64,000 bases of DNA from an uncultured delta proteobacterium (GCA_963706575.1 CAVPNL010000006.1:800001-864000), one strand, 5' to 3'. Counted from the stretch's first letter, positions 32,059 to 42,843 are shown. Made by a program: numbers and translations. The notes: generated by a model from the sequence alone, not told the origin.

Positions 32059-32066
32059 TATTAGTC

Positions 32067-32513
32067 ATGGGGATCCGTCGCAGAGCGCGAGAGTTGGCTA
32101 TGCAGGCGCTCTTTTATATGGATGCCAGTCAGAACGTATCGCCGCAGATGCTGGAACGCTTTTGTGAGAATTTTACCCCGCCCCAAAAGGCGCGGCCATT
32201 TTTCGTGAAACTGGTGAACGGGGTTTTAAAGGCCAAGCCTCAAATCGATACCCTTATAGAGCGCTTTTCCAAAAACTGGAGCGTGAAGCGCATGTCCTGT
32301 GTGGACCGTAATGTCATACGGATCGCAGTATTTGAAATGCTGTTTTGCTCAGACATTCCGCCCAAGGTTTCCATCAACGAAGCCATTGATATTGGTAAAA
32401 AGTTTGGCAGCGAAGATTCCGGGGCGTTCATTAACGGAATTGTTGACAGCATCCGCATGGCTATTGAAAAGGGAGAGGTACAGGTTCAACCGCCGGAAAT
32501 TAACACTGAATAA
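32067..32513 (+). CDS. nusB: Transcription antitermination factor NusB
   Basis: RRRARELAMQAL, DRNVIR, INEAIDIGKKFG and FINGIVD. Confidence 0.96.
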   Translation: MGIRRRARELAMQALFYMDASQNVSPQMLERFCENFTPPQKARPFFVKLVNGVLKAKPQIDTLIERFSKNWSVKRMSCVDRNVIRIAVFEMLFCSDIPPKVSINEAIDIGKKFGSEDSGAFINGIVDSIRMAIEKGEVQVQPPEINTE

Positions 32514-32553
32514 TATCGGTTGGGCATTGCTTAAAAGTTATTGGGTGCATTAA

Positions 32554-32655
32554 ATTTCGGATTTCGGATTTCGGATTGTAATAAGCTGGCCCGAGAGGTG
32601 CACCTGCGCAAAAATAAAATCCGCAATCCGCAATCCGCAATCCACAATCTGAAAT
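32554..32655. repeat. Heptamer-periodic inverted repeat (ATTTCGG / AATCCGC)
   Basis: (atttcgg)3 ... (aatccgc)3-aatccac-aatctga. Confidence 0.75.
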
Positions 32656-32679
32656 CAAAATATACTGGAGGCTGATTCG

Positions 32680-33315
32680 ATGATCATCAAGACCTTACCT
32701 GTTGGGCCGATTATGGCAAATTGTTTTATTGTGGGCTGCAAAGAAACTTTGGAAGCAGCCGTTATTGATCCGGGCGATGAGGCGGAAAAGATACTCGCGT
32801 CGCTGGCTGAGTCGGATTTAACAGTTAAATTTATCATCAACACCCATGGTCATTTTGATCATGTCAGTGCCAATAAAGGTATCAATGTGGCTACAAAAGC
32901 GCCGATTTTAATCCATGCGCTGGATGCGCCGATGCTGGAACAAATATCGGCGAGTGCTGCCAACTGGGGCCTTTCAGGAGAAAACTCGCCTTCCCCTGAC
33001 CGCACCATCGATGAGGGCGATACCATAACCTTCGGTAAAATTACGTTCAAAGTGCTCCACACCCCCGGGCACACCCCGGGCGGGATTTCTCTTTTTTCCG
33101 ATGGTCATGTTTTTGTAGGGGATACACTGTTTGCCGGCTCCATCGGGCGTACCGATTTTCCGGGGGGGGATTTCGGGACCTTGAAATCCAGTATTCAGGA
33201 TAAATTGTTTGTGCTGGGAGATGATGTCCGGGTCTATACCGGGCACGGGCCGGAAACCACCATCGGCCGGGAAAAACAGCATAATCCGTTTGTGGGCGTG
33301 AATGCCATGTATTAA
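32680..33315 (+). CDS. MBL-fold metallo-hydrolase (glyoxalase II / YcbL-like)
   Basis: NTHGHFDH, HTPGHTPG, GDTLFAGSIGRTD and GHG. Confidence 0.9.
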   Translation: MIIKTLPVGPIMANCFIVGCKETLEAAVIDPGDEAEKILASLAESDLTVKFIINTHGHFDHVSANKGINVATKAPILIHALDAPMLEQISASAANWGLSGENSPSPDRTIDEGDTITFGKITFKVLHTPGHTPGGISLFSDGHVFVGDTLFAGSIGRTDFPGGDFGTLKSSIQDKLFVLGDDVRVYTGHGPETTIGREKQHNPFVGVNAMY

Positions 33316-33344
33316 GTGAAACCTGGGAGTGATGGAGCAAACAA

Positions 33345-33435
33345 AATTTCGGATTGCAGATTGCAGATTTCGGATTTTAAATGCGCGGAATATATGATAT
33401 TACAATCTGCAATCCGCAATCGAAAATCCGCAAAT
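33345..33435. repeat. Heptamer-periodic inverted repeat (ATTGCAG / AATCCGC)
   Basis: atttcggattgcagattgcagatttcgg ... aatctgcaatccgcaatcgaaaatccgc. Confidence 0.75.
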
Positions 33436-33440
33436 TGATT

Positions 33441-34853
33441 TTAGGCCTGCGCTGTTTTGTATTCGAAACCCTGACGCTTGAGCACATCAAAATAAATCAT
33501 AATCTGCTTGATGTAGCGGATCGGTTCGGTGCCCCGGCAAAAGCCGTATTTGGCGTGCTTATAGTATTTTTTGTATTGCAGCAACGGTAAGGTTTTAGAA
33601 AGGGACTCCCATTTGTTGGGGTCGAGTCCCTTTTTTTTGGCGAGTTTGCGGGCATCATCGATATGCCCCTGTCCGATATTATAGGCTGCCAGAGAGATCA
33701 GTAACCGGTCTTGGCCATTGACCGTTTCAAAATGCTCGAATAAATTTTTAAGGTGTTGCACGCCGGCATTAATGTTTTGTACCGGATCGAATAGATCGCG
33801 AACGCCCAGGCTCTTGCCGGTGGAGGGCAGAATTTGCATCAATCCCCTGGCACCGGCCTGGCTTTTCGCCCAGGGATTGAGGTGCGACTCCTGATAGATC
33901 TGAGCGGCAATCAGGCGCCAGTCAAATCCATGTATTTTGGCGGCGTTCTTGATAAACGGGCTGTAGCGGGAAAGCCTGGCTTTAACGCGTTGGTGAAAAG
34001 CCTTTAAATCCACATAATCAAAATCTTTGGTGTCGCCATAGTATTTATCGTAGATCGAAGCGAATTTGCCGCTCTTTTTGGCCACGCTTAAAAACGAATT
34101 AATGCGCTCGAGCAGTTCGATAGATTTCGGATACACCGCCCAGCTGAGCTGCATGGGGTTGTTGATCGATCCCGTGGGAACGACTCCCGGAAAGTTGCGA
34201 CGATTGATTGAAATGATGTTGCTGTTGGCAATCGTAAAATCGATTTCTTCATCGGCTACTTTCTGGATGAGTTCTTCGGTTGGCATGTCATCGTGCAGCC
34301 GGATCGCCAGATCGATTCCCTGATCTCTCAATTCCATCAGCCGCTGCTGATAGGCAGTTCCTTTTCTGACATCAACGGTTTTGCCGGAAAGATCCGCTGC
34401 TTTTTTTATCCTCGAATTTTTGCGATGCGCAATAATTTGCTGGGCCACTTCCATGTATCCGTCTGAAAACGCGACCTCAGTTTGCCATTTCGGTATAATC
34501 GGTGTGCTGGCGGCGATAAACGCTGCCGACCCCTTATTTAGGGCGGCAACCATTTGTTTCCAGCTGTCAACAACCTTTACCTGCAGGCGCACACCCAGAT
34601 ATTCGGCAAAGGCCTGAGCCATTTCGTACTCAAAACCCATGGGCTGATCCCGGTAAAGATAGTAACAATGAGCGTTATTGCGGGTGACAACCGTTATTTC
34701 TCCGGTCTTTTGGATTCTTTGCAGGGTCACAAATTTGTATGCAGCCATAACCGGACTGAACAAATAGTAGCCCAAAACGATCCAAACGATGAGGATCGTT
34801 ATCTGAAAACCGGTTTTTTCCCTTAAGATATTATTAACTGCCGATTTGACCAC
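33441..34853 (-). CDS. mltF: Membrane-bound lytic murein transglycosylase MltF
   Basis: N-terminal substrate-binding domain (GFEYE), then an SLT domain with YQESH, GARGLMQ, AAYNIG and YGFCRGTEP. Confidence 0.88.
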   Translation of the reverse strand: MVKSAVNNILREKTGFQITILIVWIVLGYYLFSPVMAAYKFVTLQRIQKTGEITVVTRNNAHCYYLYRDQPMGFEYEMAQAFAEYLGVRLQVKVVDSWKQMVAALNKGSAAFIAASTPIIPKWQTEVAFSDGYMEVAQQIIAHRKNSRIKKAADLSGKTVDVRKGTAYQQRLMELRDQGIDLAIRLHDDMPTEELIQKVADEEIDFTIANSNIISINRRNFPGVVPTGSINNPMQLSWAVYPKSIELLERINSFLSVAKKSGKFASIYDKYYGDTKDFDYVDLKAFHQRVKARLSRYSPFIKNAAKIHGFDWRLIAAQIYQESHLNPWAKSQAGARGLMQILPSTGKSLGVRDLFDPVQNINAGVQHLKNLFEHFETVNGQDRLLISLAAYNIGQGHIDDARKLAKKKGLDPNKWESLSKTLPLLQYKKYYKHAKYGFCRGTEPIRYIKQIMIYFDVLKRQGFEYKTAQA

Positions 34854-35079
34854 AGCACAGCGCCCTATTTTTATAATCGTTAGCGGAAGGAAATCCCTAA
34901 AATGGCAAATTCACTAGAAATTCAGAGGCTTATTCCCAACATTGCATGTATGCATCGTTCTGGAAGAATCGCAACAGTCTGCTATTTAAACATATTTTAG
35001 AAATTCCGGGATTTTTGTCATCAGCTTCCCTATGTAAACATTATCGACTCAAATGCAAACAATCTTAAGTGCCAATGGG

Positions 35080-35514
35080 TTAAAATGCGCCTATCTGGCA
35101 GGGTTTTACTTTGATTTTTAACTGCTCACAAATTGAACTGACCTTCATTTTAGAAACATCGAAGCGGCGCGCAATTTCCCAGGCCTTTTCGCAGGAAAGA
35201 TTACCGTCGACGCGTGCATCCTGAATGGCGCTTGCCAAATCCGGATTTTTAGCTGCTTTGGGTTTGACAATCTTTTTTTCAGGCGTATAACCAAATAAAC
35301 CCAGCTGGCATTTGACCAGCATCATTTCCAACAAATCAGCCGTTTTCCCGACTTCAGCCGGTGAAACATTCAGCTCGGCAGCGATTTTAAATGCCACCGC
35401 GCAGGGGAGTTCATTATTTTTAGTCTGGCGGATAATATGGTCTTTGATTTCTTCATTTAGTTGGGCGTTGGGTTCATGTTTTTCGGCAAATTTATTACCT
35501 TTTTGTTGCTTCAT
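35080..35514 (-). CDS. Conserved hypothetical protein with two tandem Cys-containing repeats
   Basis: LPCAVAFKIA...CQLGLF and LSCEKAWEIA...CQIGAF; AGGAG RBS upstream of 35514. Confidence 0.75.
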   Translation of the reverse strand: MKQQKGNKFAEKHEPNAQLNEEIKDHIIRQTKNNELPCAVAFKIAAELNVSPAEVGKTADLLEMMLVKCQLGLFGYTPEKKIVKPKAAKNPDLASAIQDARVDGNLSCEKAWEIARRFDVSKMKVSSICEQLKIKVKPCQIGAF

Positions 35515-35933
35515 TTTACAACTCCTAATGGATAATGGGTAATGGGTAAACGGATATCGATATTCAGCACCCGCTGCCGGTGATTCAGCGCAGGGGATCC
35601 AGTTTAACAGGAACTCGGGGACCGACCGGCCCTTACGGCAACTCATACGGCGCTATTTTGCTTGAATAATCTCCGTTCGTCTGTTAGTGTAAGATGTCTA
35701 AACCACTCGGGATTTGATTGTAGATGTCGTGCAATTGGGCGGTGATCGCAAGCCGTTTTCTGTTTTGGGCGCAGATTCCCGATTTTAATGATGAATAGAT
35801 ATTGGGCCACTTTACAGATCATTTGATACGCATTAGCTTTGCAATAAAAGACAGATCATAACCTGGATTCAGCGGCAGCTGAAGTCTTCAAGCACTATAC
35901 CATAATTTGATTTATGGAAAAATAAGCATTTTT

Positions 35934-37031
35934 ATGAAAATTTCAAAGATCAAGCGTAAAAAAACGCGCCAAATAGCAGTCGGCCAGGTAAAAATCGGTG
36001 GAGCGGCACCGATTACGGTGCAATCCATGACCAATACGCCAACTGAGGATGTTGCCGCCACAGTGGCCCAGATTGTGCGTCTGCAGGAAGCCGGCTGTGA
36101 AATTGTACGCGTCGCTGTGCCGGACCAGGAAGCCGCTGCAGCGATATCGGCGATCAAAAAGCAGATCGATATCCCGCTGATTGCCGACATCCATTTCAAC
36201 TACCGGCTGGCCATAGCCGCCGCGAAAGCCGGCGCCGACGGGCTTCGATTAAACCCCGGCAATATTGGCGGTATTAAAAAGGTTAAAGCGGTGGTGGACT
36301 GTGCCAAAGATTTTAATCTCCCCATTCGCATCGGGGTTAATTCCGGCTCTCTTGAAAAAGATATCCTTAAAAAATATAACGGGGTTACAGCGGCCGGTAT
36401 GGTGGAAAGCGGGCTGCGCCATGTGGAATTGCTAAAATCTTTAGACTTTCACCAGATAAAAATTTCCCTTAAAGCTTCCGATGTCCCGCGTACCCTGGAA
36501 GCCTATCGGCTCCTGTCTGCAAAAACCGACCTGCCGCTGCATGTCGGCGTAACCGAGGCCGGCGCGCTTTATTCGGGAATTGTTAAATCGGCCTTGGGAA
36601 TCGGAATGCTGTTAGCCGAAGGCATTGGCGACACCATCAGGGTTTCTCTGACCCGTGACCCGGTTGAAGAGGTGCGCGTCGGATTCGAAATTCTCAAAGC
36701 GCTTGATATTCGCCGTCGTGGCCCGGAAATTATCGCCTGTCCCACCTGCGGGCGCTGCAACATTGAGCTTTTTGACATTGTCGAGCGGGTTGAAAAAGCA
36801 CTGATGACCACTGCCGAGCCGCTTAAGATCGCCATAATGGGATGTGTGGTCAACGGACCGGGAGAAGCCCGGGAGGTGGATATCGGCATCGCCGGTGGGG
36901 ACGGCAATGGCGTGCTGTTCAGAAAGGGAAAAGTGGTTAAAAAATTTGCGCAGGAAAAATTGGTGGATGTCCTGTTGCATGAAGTGCGGGAATATGTAAA
37001 AGATCTCAATACGGAAAACCGGGAGACTTAA
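35934..37031 (+). CDS. ispG: (E)-4-hydroxy-3-methylbut-2-enyl-diphosphate synthase
   Basis: VQSMTNT, ADIHF, RLNPGNIG, RIGVNSGSL, CPTCGR and MGCVVNGPGE. Confidence 0.97.
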   Translation: MKISKIKRKKTRQIAVGQVKIGGAAPITVQSMTNTPTEDVAATVAQIVRLQEAGCEIVRVAVPDQEAAAAISAIKKQIDIPLIADIHFNYRLAIAAAKAGADGLRLNPGNIGGIKKVKAVVDCAKDFNLPIRIGVNSGSLEKDILKKYNGVTAAGMVESGLRHVELLKSLDFHQIKISLKASDVPRTLEAYRLLSAKTDLPLHVGVTEAGALYSGIVKSALGIGMLLAEGIGDTIRVSLTRDPVEEVRVGFEILKALDIRRRGPEIIACPTCGRCNIELFDIVERVEKALMTTAEPLKIAIMGCVVNGPGEAREVDIGIAGGDGNGVLFRKGKVVKKFAQEKLVDVLLHEVREYVKDLNTENRET

Positions 37032-37042
37032 TATTGGATTTG

Positions 37043-37181
37043 ATTTGGCTTTCCAAACCGGGTGCGAAGCACGCGTATCCACGGTTTCACCCGCAACGAT
37101 TGGGGCACTTCGCGCCCCTGTCTTTTACCGCCTTTGGCGGTAAAATCCAAGCCACCCGCTGTGCGGGTGGTCGTTGACTCC
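37043..37181 (+). mobile_element. Possible IS200/IS605-type end remnant (hairpin cluster)
   Basis: Hairpins TTTTACCGCC-ttt-GGCGGTAAAA (37123-37145) and CCACCCGC-tgt-GCGGGTGG (37152-37170), followed by TTGACT. Confidence 0.5.
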
Positions 37182-37196
37182 AGCGAAAGGCAAGGC

Positions 37197-38717
37197 ATGA
37201 CAAAGCAAGAGAAGACAGCGATCTCACCGACACGTAATGAGGATTATCCGGAATGGTACCAACAGGTCATTAAAGCCTCTGACCTGGCCGAGCGTTCACC
37301 GGTCAGGGGCTGTATGGTCATTAAACCCTGGGGATATGCCCTGTGGGAAAATATTGTGCAGGCGATGGATAATCTGTTCAAAGCCACTGGGGTTAAAAAC
37401 GCCTATTTCCCCCTTTTTATTCCTTTAAGCTTTCTTGAAAAAGAGGCTGAGCACGTTGAGGGTTTTGCGAAAGAATGTGCGGTGGTGACCCACCACCGGC
37501 TGGAAAAGGGTGACGACGGGGGACTTGTGCCCGCCGGCCCCTTGGCCGAGCCCCTGGTGGTGCGTCCGACCTCAGAGACCATCATTGGAGATTCATTTTC
37601 CAGGTGGGTGAGCAGTTATCGTGATTTGCCGATACTAATCAACCAGTGGGCCAATGTGGTGCGCTGGGAAATGCGGACCCGCATCTTTTTAAGAACCAGT
37701 GAATTTTTATGGCAGGAAGGACACACGGTGCACGCCACTGCCGAAGAGGCCCTTGAGCGTACCCGTATGATGCTGGATGTTTATACGACCTGTGTTGAGG
37801 ATTATTTGGCGATGCCGGTTATCCAGGGTCACAAATCGCCTGCTGAACGCTTCCCCGGGGCGGTGGATACGCTCTGCATTGAAACCATGATGCAGGATCG
37901 CAAAGCATTGCAGTCCGGGACTTCGCATTTTCTGGGTCAAAATTTTTCGCGGGCTTCTGAGATCAAATTTCAATCAGCCGCTGAAACCGAAGAATATGCC
38001 TGGACCACTTCGTGGGGCTCATCCACCCGAATGATCGGCGGACTCATCATGACCCACGGTGATGATGACGGTATTATTTTACCGCCCAAAGTTGCATCTG
38101 CCCATGTCGTGCTTCTGCCCATCATTCGGAAATCTGAGGATCGCCAAACGGTGATGGATTTTACTGACAAGCTGGCCCGCGAATTAAAGGCTAAAACATA
38201 CCACCATAGAAAAGTGGTTGTCGAAATTGATGACCGTGAAATCGGCGGCACCCGCGGCTGGGATTGGATTAAAAAAGGGATCCCTTTGCGAGTGGAGATC
38301 GGCCCCAGAGATATCGCCCAGAATTCGCTCTTTGTCGGCCGTCGGGATCAGGCACCGAATGAAAAGAAAGCCTTAGACCGGGATCAATTTGTGGCCGAAA
38401 TAACCGATATCCTGGATGAAATCCAGCAGAATCTGTTCCAGCGAGCCCAGGCATATCGCAAGGAACACACCGTTACCATTGAAGATAAAAAAACGTTTTA
38501 CGAATTTTTTACCCCTCAAAATGAGGAAAAACCTGAGATCCATGGCGGCTTTGCCCTCTCCGGCTGGTGCGGCTCAGATGAATGCGAATCAAAGATAAAG
38601 GAAGATCTCGCCGTGACCATTCGCTGTATTCCCTTTGAAAGCGATAACGTTAAAGGACGCTGCATTTGCTGCGGCAAAGACAGCGATCGTCAGGTTGTAT
38701 ACGCAAAAGCCTATTAG
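37197..38717 (+). CDS. proS: Proline--tRNA ligase, archaeal/eukaryotic type
   Basis: KEAEHVEGF, RPTSET, NQWANVVRWE, FLWQEGHT, TSHFLGQNF, C-terminal Zn-type Cys and AKAY end; no INS editing domain. Confidence 0.95.
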   Translation: MTKQEKTAISPTRNEDYPEWYQQVIKASDLAERSPVRGCMVIKPWGYALWENIVQAMDNLFKATGVKNAYFPLFIPLSFLEKEAEHVEGFAKECAVVTHHRLEKGDDGGLVPAGPLAEPLVVRPTSETIIGDSFSRWVSSYRDLPILINQWANVVRWEMRTRIFLRTSEFLWQEGHTVHATAEEALERTRMMLDVYTTCVEDYLAMPVIQGHKSPAERFPGAVDTLCIETMMQDRKALQSGTSHFLGQNFSRASEIKFQSAAETEEYAWTTSWGSSTRMIGGLIMTHGDDDGIILPPKVASAHVVLLPIIRKSEDRQTVMDFTDKLARELKAKTYHHRKVVVEIDDREIGGTRGWDWIKKGIPLRVEIGPRDIAQNSLFVGRRDQAPNEKKALDRDQFVAEITDILDEIQQNLFQRAQAYRKEHTVTIEDKKTFYEFFTPQNEEKPEIHGGFALSGWCGSDECESKIKEDLAVTIRCIPFESDNVKGRCICCGKDSDRQVVYAKAY

Positions 38718-38761
38718 AACCTATCTCTAAAATAGCAGTTTATCTTCGAAGACAGAGATAA

Positions 38762-39038
38762 AAAGTTCCAAAGGTGCTCTAAAGTTAGAAGTGCCTAAAA
38801 TGCCTAAAATGATCTAAAATGCCTAAAGTTATGGTGTCGCTCGCGCAGCGCAGGCGCTTGCGCCGCGTGGCGCTCCATCTTTTTATTATAAATATGATCG
38901 ATCGACCCAGTCGTTAGACCTTGAGGCTTTCGAAGGGAGGCTCTGGACGGGTTGAGTTCCTCAACTTTAGGCATTTTAGATCATTTTTAATTTTAGCTCA
39001 TTTTTAACAATAACGAATAACCAATAACCAGTAACGAA
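38762..39038. repeat. 8/9-mer periodic inverted array (AAAATGCCT / AGGCATTTT) followed by an AATAACC heptamer run
   Basis: aagtgcctaaaatgcctaaaatgatctaaaatgcctaaagtt ... aactttaggcattttagatcatttt; then aataacgaataaccaataacc. Confidence 0.7.
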
Positions 39039-39046
39039 CCTCTGCA

Positions 39047-41185
39047 TTGATCCGGATTAACGATATAGTCGATAAGGTCAGCGATTACCTTCCAGATGCC
39101 GACCTGGATATCATTGAGCGCGCCTATATTTATTCGGCCCGGGTTCACGAAGGCCAGGTGCGGCTTTCCGGAGAACCTTACCTGTCCCATCCTCTCGAGG
39201 TAGCCGGCATCCTCGCAGATATGAAACTGGATCCCGAAAGCGTGACCGCCGCGCTTCTGCATGACGTCATCGAAGACACTTCCGCCACGCCTGAAGAAAT
39301 CAAAGCGCTGTTTGGTCCGGAAGTATTGCATATTGTATCCGGTGTTTCAAAGCTCAGCAGCCTGTCTTTTGGCACTTCCCAGGCCCGTCAGGCCGAAAGC
39401 ATTCGCAAGATGTTTTTGGCCATGGCTGACGATATTCGGGTCATTCTCATTAAACTGGCGGATCGGGTGCACAATATGCGCACCCTGCAATTTCACAGTG
39501 CCGACAAAAGAAGGAAGATTGCCCAGGAAACGATTGATATCTATGCGCCCATCGCCGCCCGCCTGGGAATTTATTGGATTAAAAATGAGCTCGAAGAATC
39601 ATCATTCAAATTCATCCAGCCGGAGGAATTTGCTCGAATAGAAAACCTTTTGAGCAATTCTAAGACCGACCGTGAAAATTATATTGAACAGGTAGAAGGC
39701 CACATCAAAAAAGCAATGGATGCCGCCAATTTGCAATGCGAGTTGCTGGGCCGCAACAAAAATGTTTACAGCATCTATAATAAAATGATTTCCCAGAACC
39801 TTCCTTTTGAGGAAATTTATGACATCATTGCGTTTCGAATTATTTTACAAACCGTACCCCAGTGCTACGAGGCTCTGGGCCTGATCCATTCATTGTGGAA
39901 ACCAATCGATCATAAATTTAAAGATTATATCGGACGTCCCAAAACCAATATGTACCAGTCGCTTCACACCACCGTAATTGGACCGGTCGGAGAACGCATT
40001 GAAATTCAGATCCGCACCTGGGAAATGGACCGGGTGGCTTCATCCGGTATTGCTGCCCACTGGGGCTACAAAGAAGGTAAGCGCCTTGATGAAAATGTGA
40101 GCCGAAAATTTGCATGGATACAGAATCTGGTAGAAAACCAGGAGAATTTTCTGGATCCCGGTGAATTTTTAGAGAATGTGCGCATCGATCTTTTCCCCGA
40201 TGAAGTCTATGTTTTCAGCCCTCGCGGCGAGGTGAAAACACTGCCGCGCGGCGCTACACCGGTTGATTTTGCCTATCTGATCCACTCCGAGGTGGGCAAC
40301 CAGTGTACCGGTGCCAAGGTCAACGGGCGGATGGTGTCGCTGCCTTATGAGCTGAAAACCGGTGATATCGTAGAAATCGTTACCTCCAAAAATCACCACC
40401 CGAGCAAAGATTGGCTCAACTTTGTCAAAACGGTTAAGGCCCGTTCAAAAATCAGACACTGGATCAAAGTCCAGGAAAAAGAACGCAGCCTCACGTTGGG
40501 CAGGGAAATGTGTGAAAAGGCTTTTCGCAAGGAGCGCCTGAATTTTAATACCCTGGTCAAATCTGAAAAGATGATGCAGATTGTCGAGCAATTTGGTTTC
40601 AAGGCCGTTGATGACCTGGTTGCCAATGTGGGTTATGGCAAGATTACACCGCTGCAGGTACTGCGAAAGTTCGCTCCTAAAGATGAAGAGGAAGTCGACG
40701 AATCGATCTTTAACAAATTAATGGGGCGGGTCAGAAAGAAAAAGCCCAAAGCCGGGGTGCTGGTAAAAGGAGTGGATGACATTCTGATCAAGTTTGGCAA
40801 ATGCTGCCAGCCCGTACCCGGAGACTCGATTGTGGGCTACATCACGCGGGGCTTCGGCGTAACCGTTCACCGCACCAACTGTGTCAACGCCCTGAGGATG
40901 AATCCCGAAAGGCAAATCGAGGTGGCGTGGAGTGAGCATGTCAGCGAAACCTATCCGGTAAAAATCAGAATCATTTCTCAGGACCGCATGGGCCTGCTGG
41001 CCGATTTAGTGGGCAATATCACGAAGTTCGGTGCTAATATTCTTAACGCAAAAACCGAGACACGGGAAAACAAAGTGGTTGACAGCTTTTTTACAATCGG
41101 GGTCGAGGATACCACTCATTTAGAGAAAATTTTGGCTGCCGTCAAAAAGGTCAAACACGTGCAGGAGGTAAAGCGGGTCGGTTAG
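39047..41185 (+). CDS. spoT: Bifunctional (p)ppGpp synthetase/hydrolase (HD, SYN, TGS, ACT domains)
   Basis: [46 protein letters not shown] and CCQPVPGD. Confidence 0.93.
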   Translation: MIRINDIVDKVSDYLPDADLDIIERAYIYSARVHEGQVRLSGEPYLSHPLEVAGILADMKLDPESVTAALLHDVIEDTSATPEEIKALFGPEVLHIVSGVSKLSSLSFGTSQARQAESIRKMFLAMADDIRVILIKLADRVHNMRTLQFHSADKRRKIAQETIDIYAPIAARLGIYWIKNELEESSFKFIQPEEFARIENLLSNSKTDRENYIEQVEGHIKKAMDAANLQCELLGRNKNVYSIYNKMISQNLPFEEIYDIIAFRIILQTVPQCYEALGLIHSLWKPIDHKFKDYIGRPKTNMYQSLHTTVIGPVGERIEIQIRTWEMDRVASSGIAAHWGYKEGKRLDENVSRKFAWIQNLVENQENFLDPGEFLENVRIDLFPDEVYVFSPRGEVKTLPRGATPVDFAYLIHSEVGNQCTGAKVNGRMVSLPYELKTGDIVEIVTSKNHHPSKDWLNFVKTVKARSKIRHWIKVQEKERSLTLGREMCEKAFRKERLNFNTLVKSEKMMQIVEQFGFKAVDDLVANVGYGKITPLQVLRKFAPKDEEEVDESIFNKLMGRVRKKKPKAGVLVKGVDDILIKFGKCCQPVPGDSIVGYITRGFGVTVHRTNCVNALRMNPERQIEVAWSEHVSETYPVKIRIISQDRMGLLADLVGNITKFGANILNAKTETRENKVVDSFFTIGVEDTTHLEKILAAVKKVKHVQEVKRVG

Positions 41186-41373
41186 GGTGCTTTGACAACG
41201 TTGCCGGATTTTATACAACTGGTGCAAACCATCATTTTTTTGACTCGGCCGTTGGACACATTGCGCACGCGCTGCAAATTAGGATTAAATCGGCGTTTGG
41301 TCACATTATGTGCATGGCTGACATTGTTGCCCACCATTGGTTTTTTGCCACATATTTCACATACTTTTGACAT
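41182..41373 (-). CDS. rpmB: 50S ribosomal protein L28
   Basis: [25 protein letters not shown] and CTSC. Confidence 0.96.
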   Translation of the reverse strand: MSKVCEICGKKPMVGNNVSHAHNVTKRRFNPNLQRVRNVSNGRVKKMMVCTSCIKSGNVVKAP

Positions 41374-41519
41374 TTCTAGCTCTCCTTATGCTTCAAGCAG
41401 TTGCCTGCCAATTAGCATTTTAGAATTTGTTTTCAAATTAAAGTCTCGCTAAGTACACCAAATCAAGGCGCCTGTAAAGCTTTTTTTATTCCTCCTGGCG
41501 TCCAGTCTCCAGTCTGATG

Positions 41520-42200
41520 CTACTCTGATTCTTCCCTGGCAATGGAGGCTTCACACTTGGCAATGTATTCAAGCGCTTTTTGATGATATCCGACATCCGG
41601 GTAATCAGAAATAATAGACATGAACCGGTGCAATGCGGCTTTGTAGTGTTTGGTGTTATAATAAAAAACGCCGACGACATATGCCTGGCCCGCCAAACTT
41701 TTTTGGGCCGTTTTGATGTGCCCGGCGGCGCGGGTCGAATATTGATCCCGGGGAAATTGCTTTACCAAGCGCTGAAACGCTTCCAGTGCTTTTTGGGCTG
41801 ATGTCTGCTCTCGGTCCGGCGTATTGATTCGGTCGTAATAACATCGACCGATCTGGTATATGACATAGGGGATCGCCTCGTTGCGTGGGTGGAGCTGTTC
41901 AAAATTTTCATAGGCAAATATAGCGTCTTCATATTCCTCACGCCGATAATGCGCATCTGCGATCTTTAATTCAGCCAGGATGGCATATTTTGAAAACGGA
42001 TAATAATCTTTAAGGTTTTGAAATTTATCAATCGCTTTTTTATAGTCCCCATTTTCATAAGCATCCATCCCGTCCCAGGCCAATTCCTGGGCGGTACCCG
42101 CTTCCTCGACCCCAAAAATTTTATTATACTGGTCTTTTAATGTCGTACATCCGGTTGCAGCCAGCAGGGCAACCAGGCATATGATAGAGATGTGTCGCAA
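41520..42200 (-). CDS. bamD: Outer membrane protein assembly lipoprotein BamD
   Basis: Lipobox ATGC, TPR helices, YPFSKYA, FEQLHP, DREQ and YPD. Confidence 0.9.
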   Translation of the reverse strand: MRHISIICLVALLAATGCTTLKDQYNKIFGVEEAGTAQELAWDGMDAYENGDYKKAIDKFQNLKDYYPFSKYAILAELKIADAHYRREEYEDAIFAYENFEQLHPRNEAIPYVIYQIGRCYYDRINTPDREQTSAQKALEAFQRLVKQFPRDQYSTRAAGHIKTAQKSLAGQAYVVGVFYYNTKHYKAALHRFMSIISDYPDVGYHQKALEYIAKCEASIAREESE

Positions 42201-42254
42201 GAGTCTTAAGTTTTCTTCAAATATCCGAACTCAAGGGGTTCGTGTGTTTATTTA

Positions 42255-42581
42255 TCAGGTAATTTTGTTTAAGGCTTCTTCCAATTTTGTTTTGGCCACC
42301 ATTCCGGTGATTTGCTCCACGACATCGCCGTTTTTAAAGAATATAAGCGTGGGAATCGCTTTAATGCCGTATTTGCTGGGAGTAACCGGACTGTTGTCAA
42401 CATTGCATTTTGCGAATTTGACTTTATCGCCGAAGGCGCCCGCTAGATCTTCCACCATAGGTCCAATTGCTTTGCAGGGGCCGCACCAGGGTGCCCAAAA
42501 GTCGACCATTACCGGTTTATCGGCCTGCAGCACTTCTGCTTCAAAATTTCCATCATCTATTTCCATGATACCTTCTGCCAT
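42255..42581 (-). CDS. trxA: Thioredoxin
   Basis: DFWAPWCGPCK and IPTL. Confidence 0.96.
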   Translation of the reverse strand: MAEGIMEIDDGNFEAEVLQADKPVMVDFWAPWCGPCKAIGPMVEDLAGAFGDKVKFAKCNVDNSPVTPSKYGIKAIPTLIFFKNGDVVEQITGMVAKTKLEEALNKIT

Positions 42582-42785
42582 GATTTTTCATCCTTTCCTT
42601 GTCGAAATTATACAATTGTTCCATAATAGTGATACACGGTTATATTGTCAACCTTGGCCAATTTTCTGGCAAGCCACCATGCCCGCGAAACCATGGCGTC
42701 AAGTTCGCCGGTTAGTTCCATGCCTATCCGTTTTTAAAAATGAAAGCCGGTTATAGTGAAAGTTGGAGCCAGTGTCAAATGAAAC

Positions 42786-42843
42786 TAGAACCCATCTCAA
42801 AAATGTCTTTTGGCCCAAAATCCGATTTTTGAGATGGGTTCTA
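42786..42843. mobile_element. 58-bp miniature inverted-repeat element with TA ends
   Basis: Perfect 19-bp IR TAGAACCCATCTCAAAAAT / ATTTTTGAGATGGGTTCTA; a 17/19 solo half lies at 38715-38733. Confidence 0.6.

Noticed and set aside
37062..37196. N-terminal extension of ProS in the ORF track
   Set aside because: It is read through the hairpin element; homology starts at the ATG at 37197.
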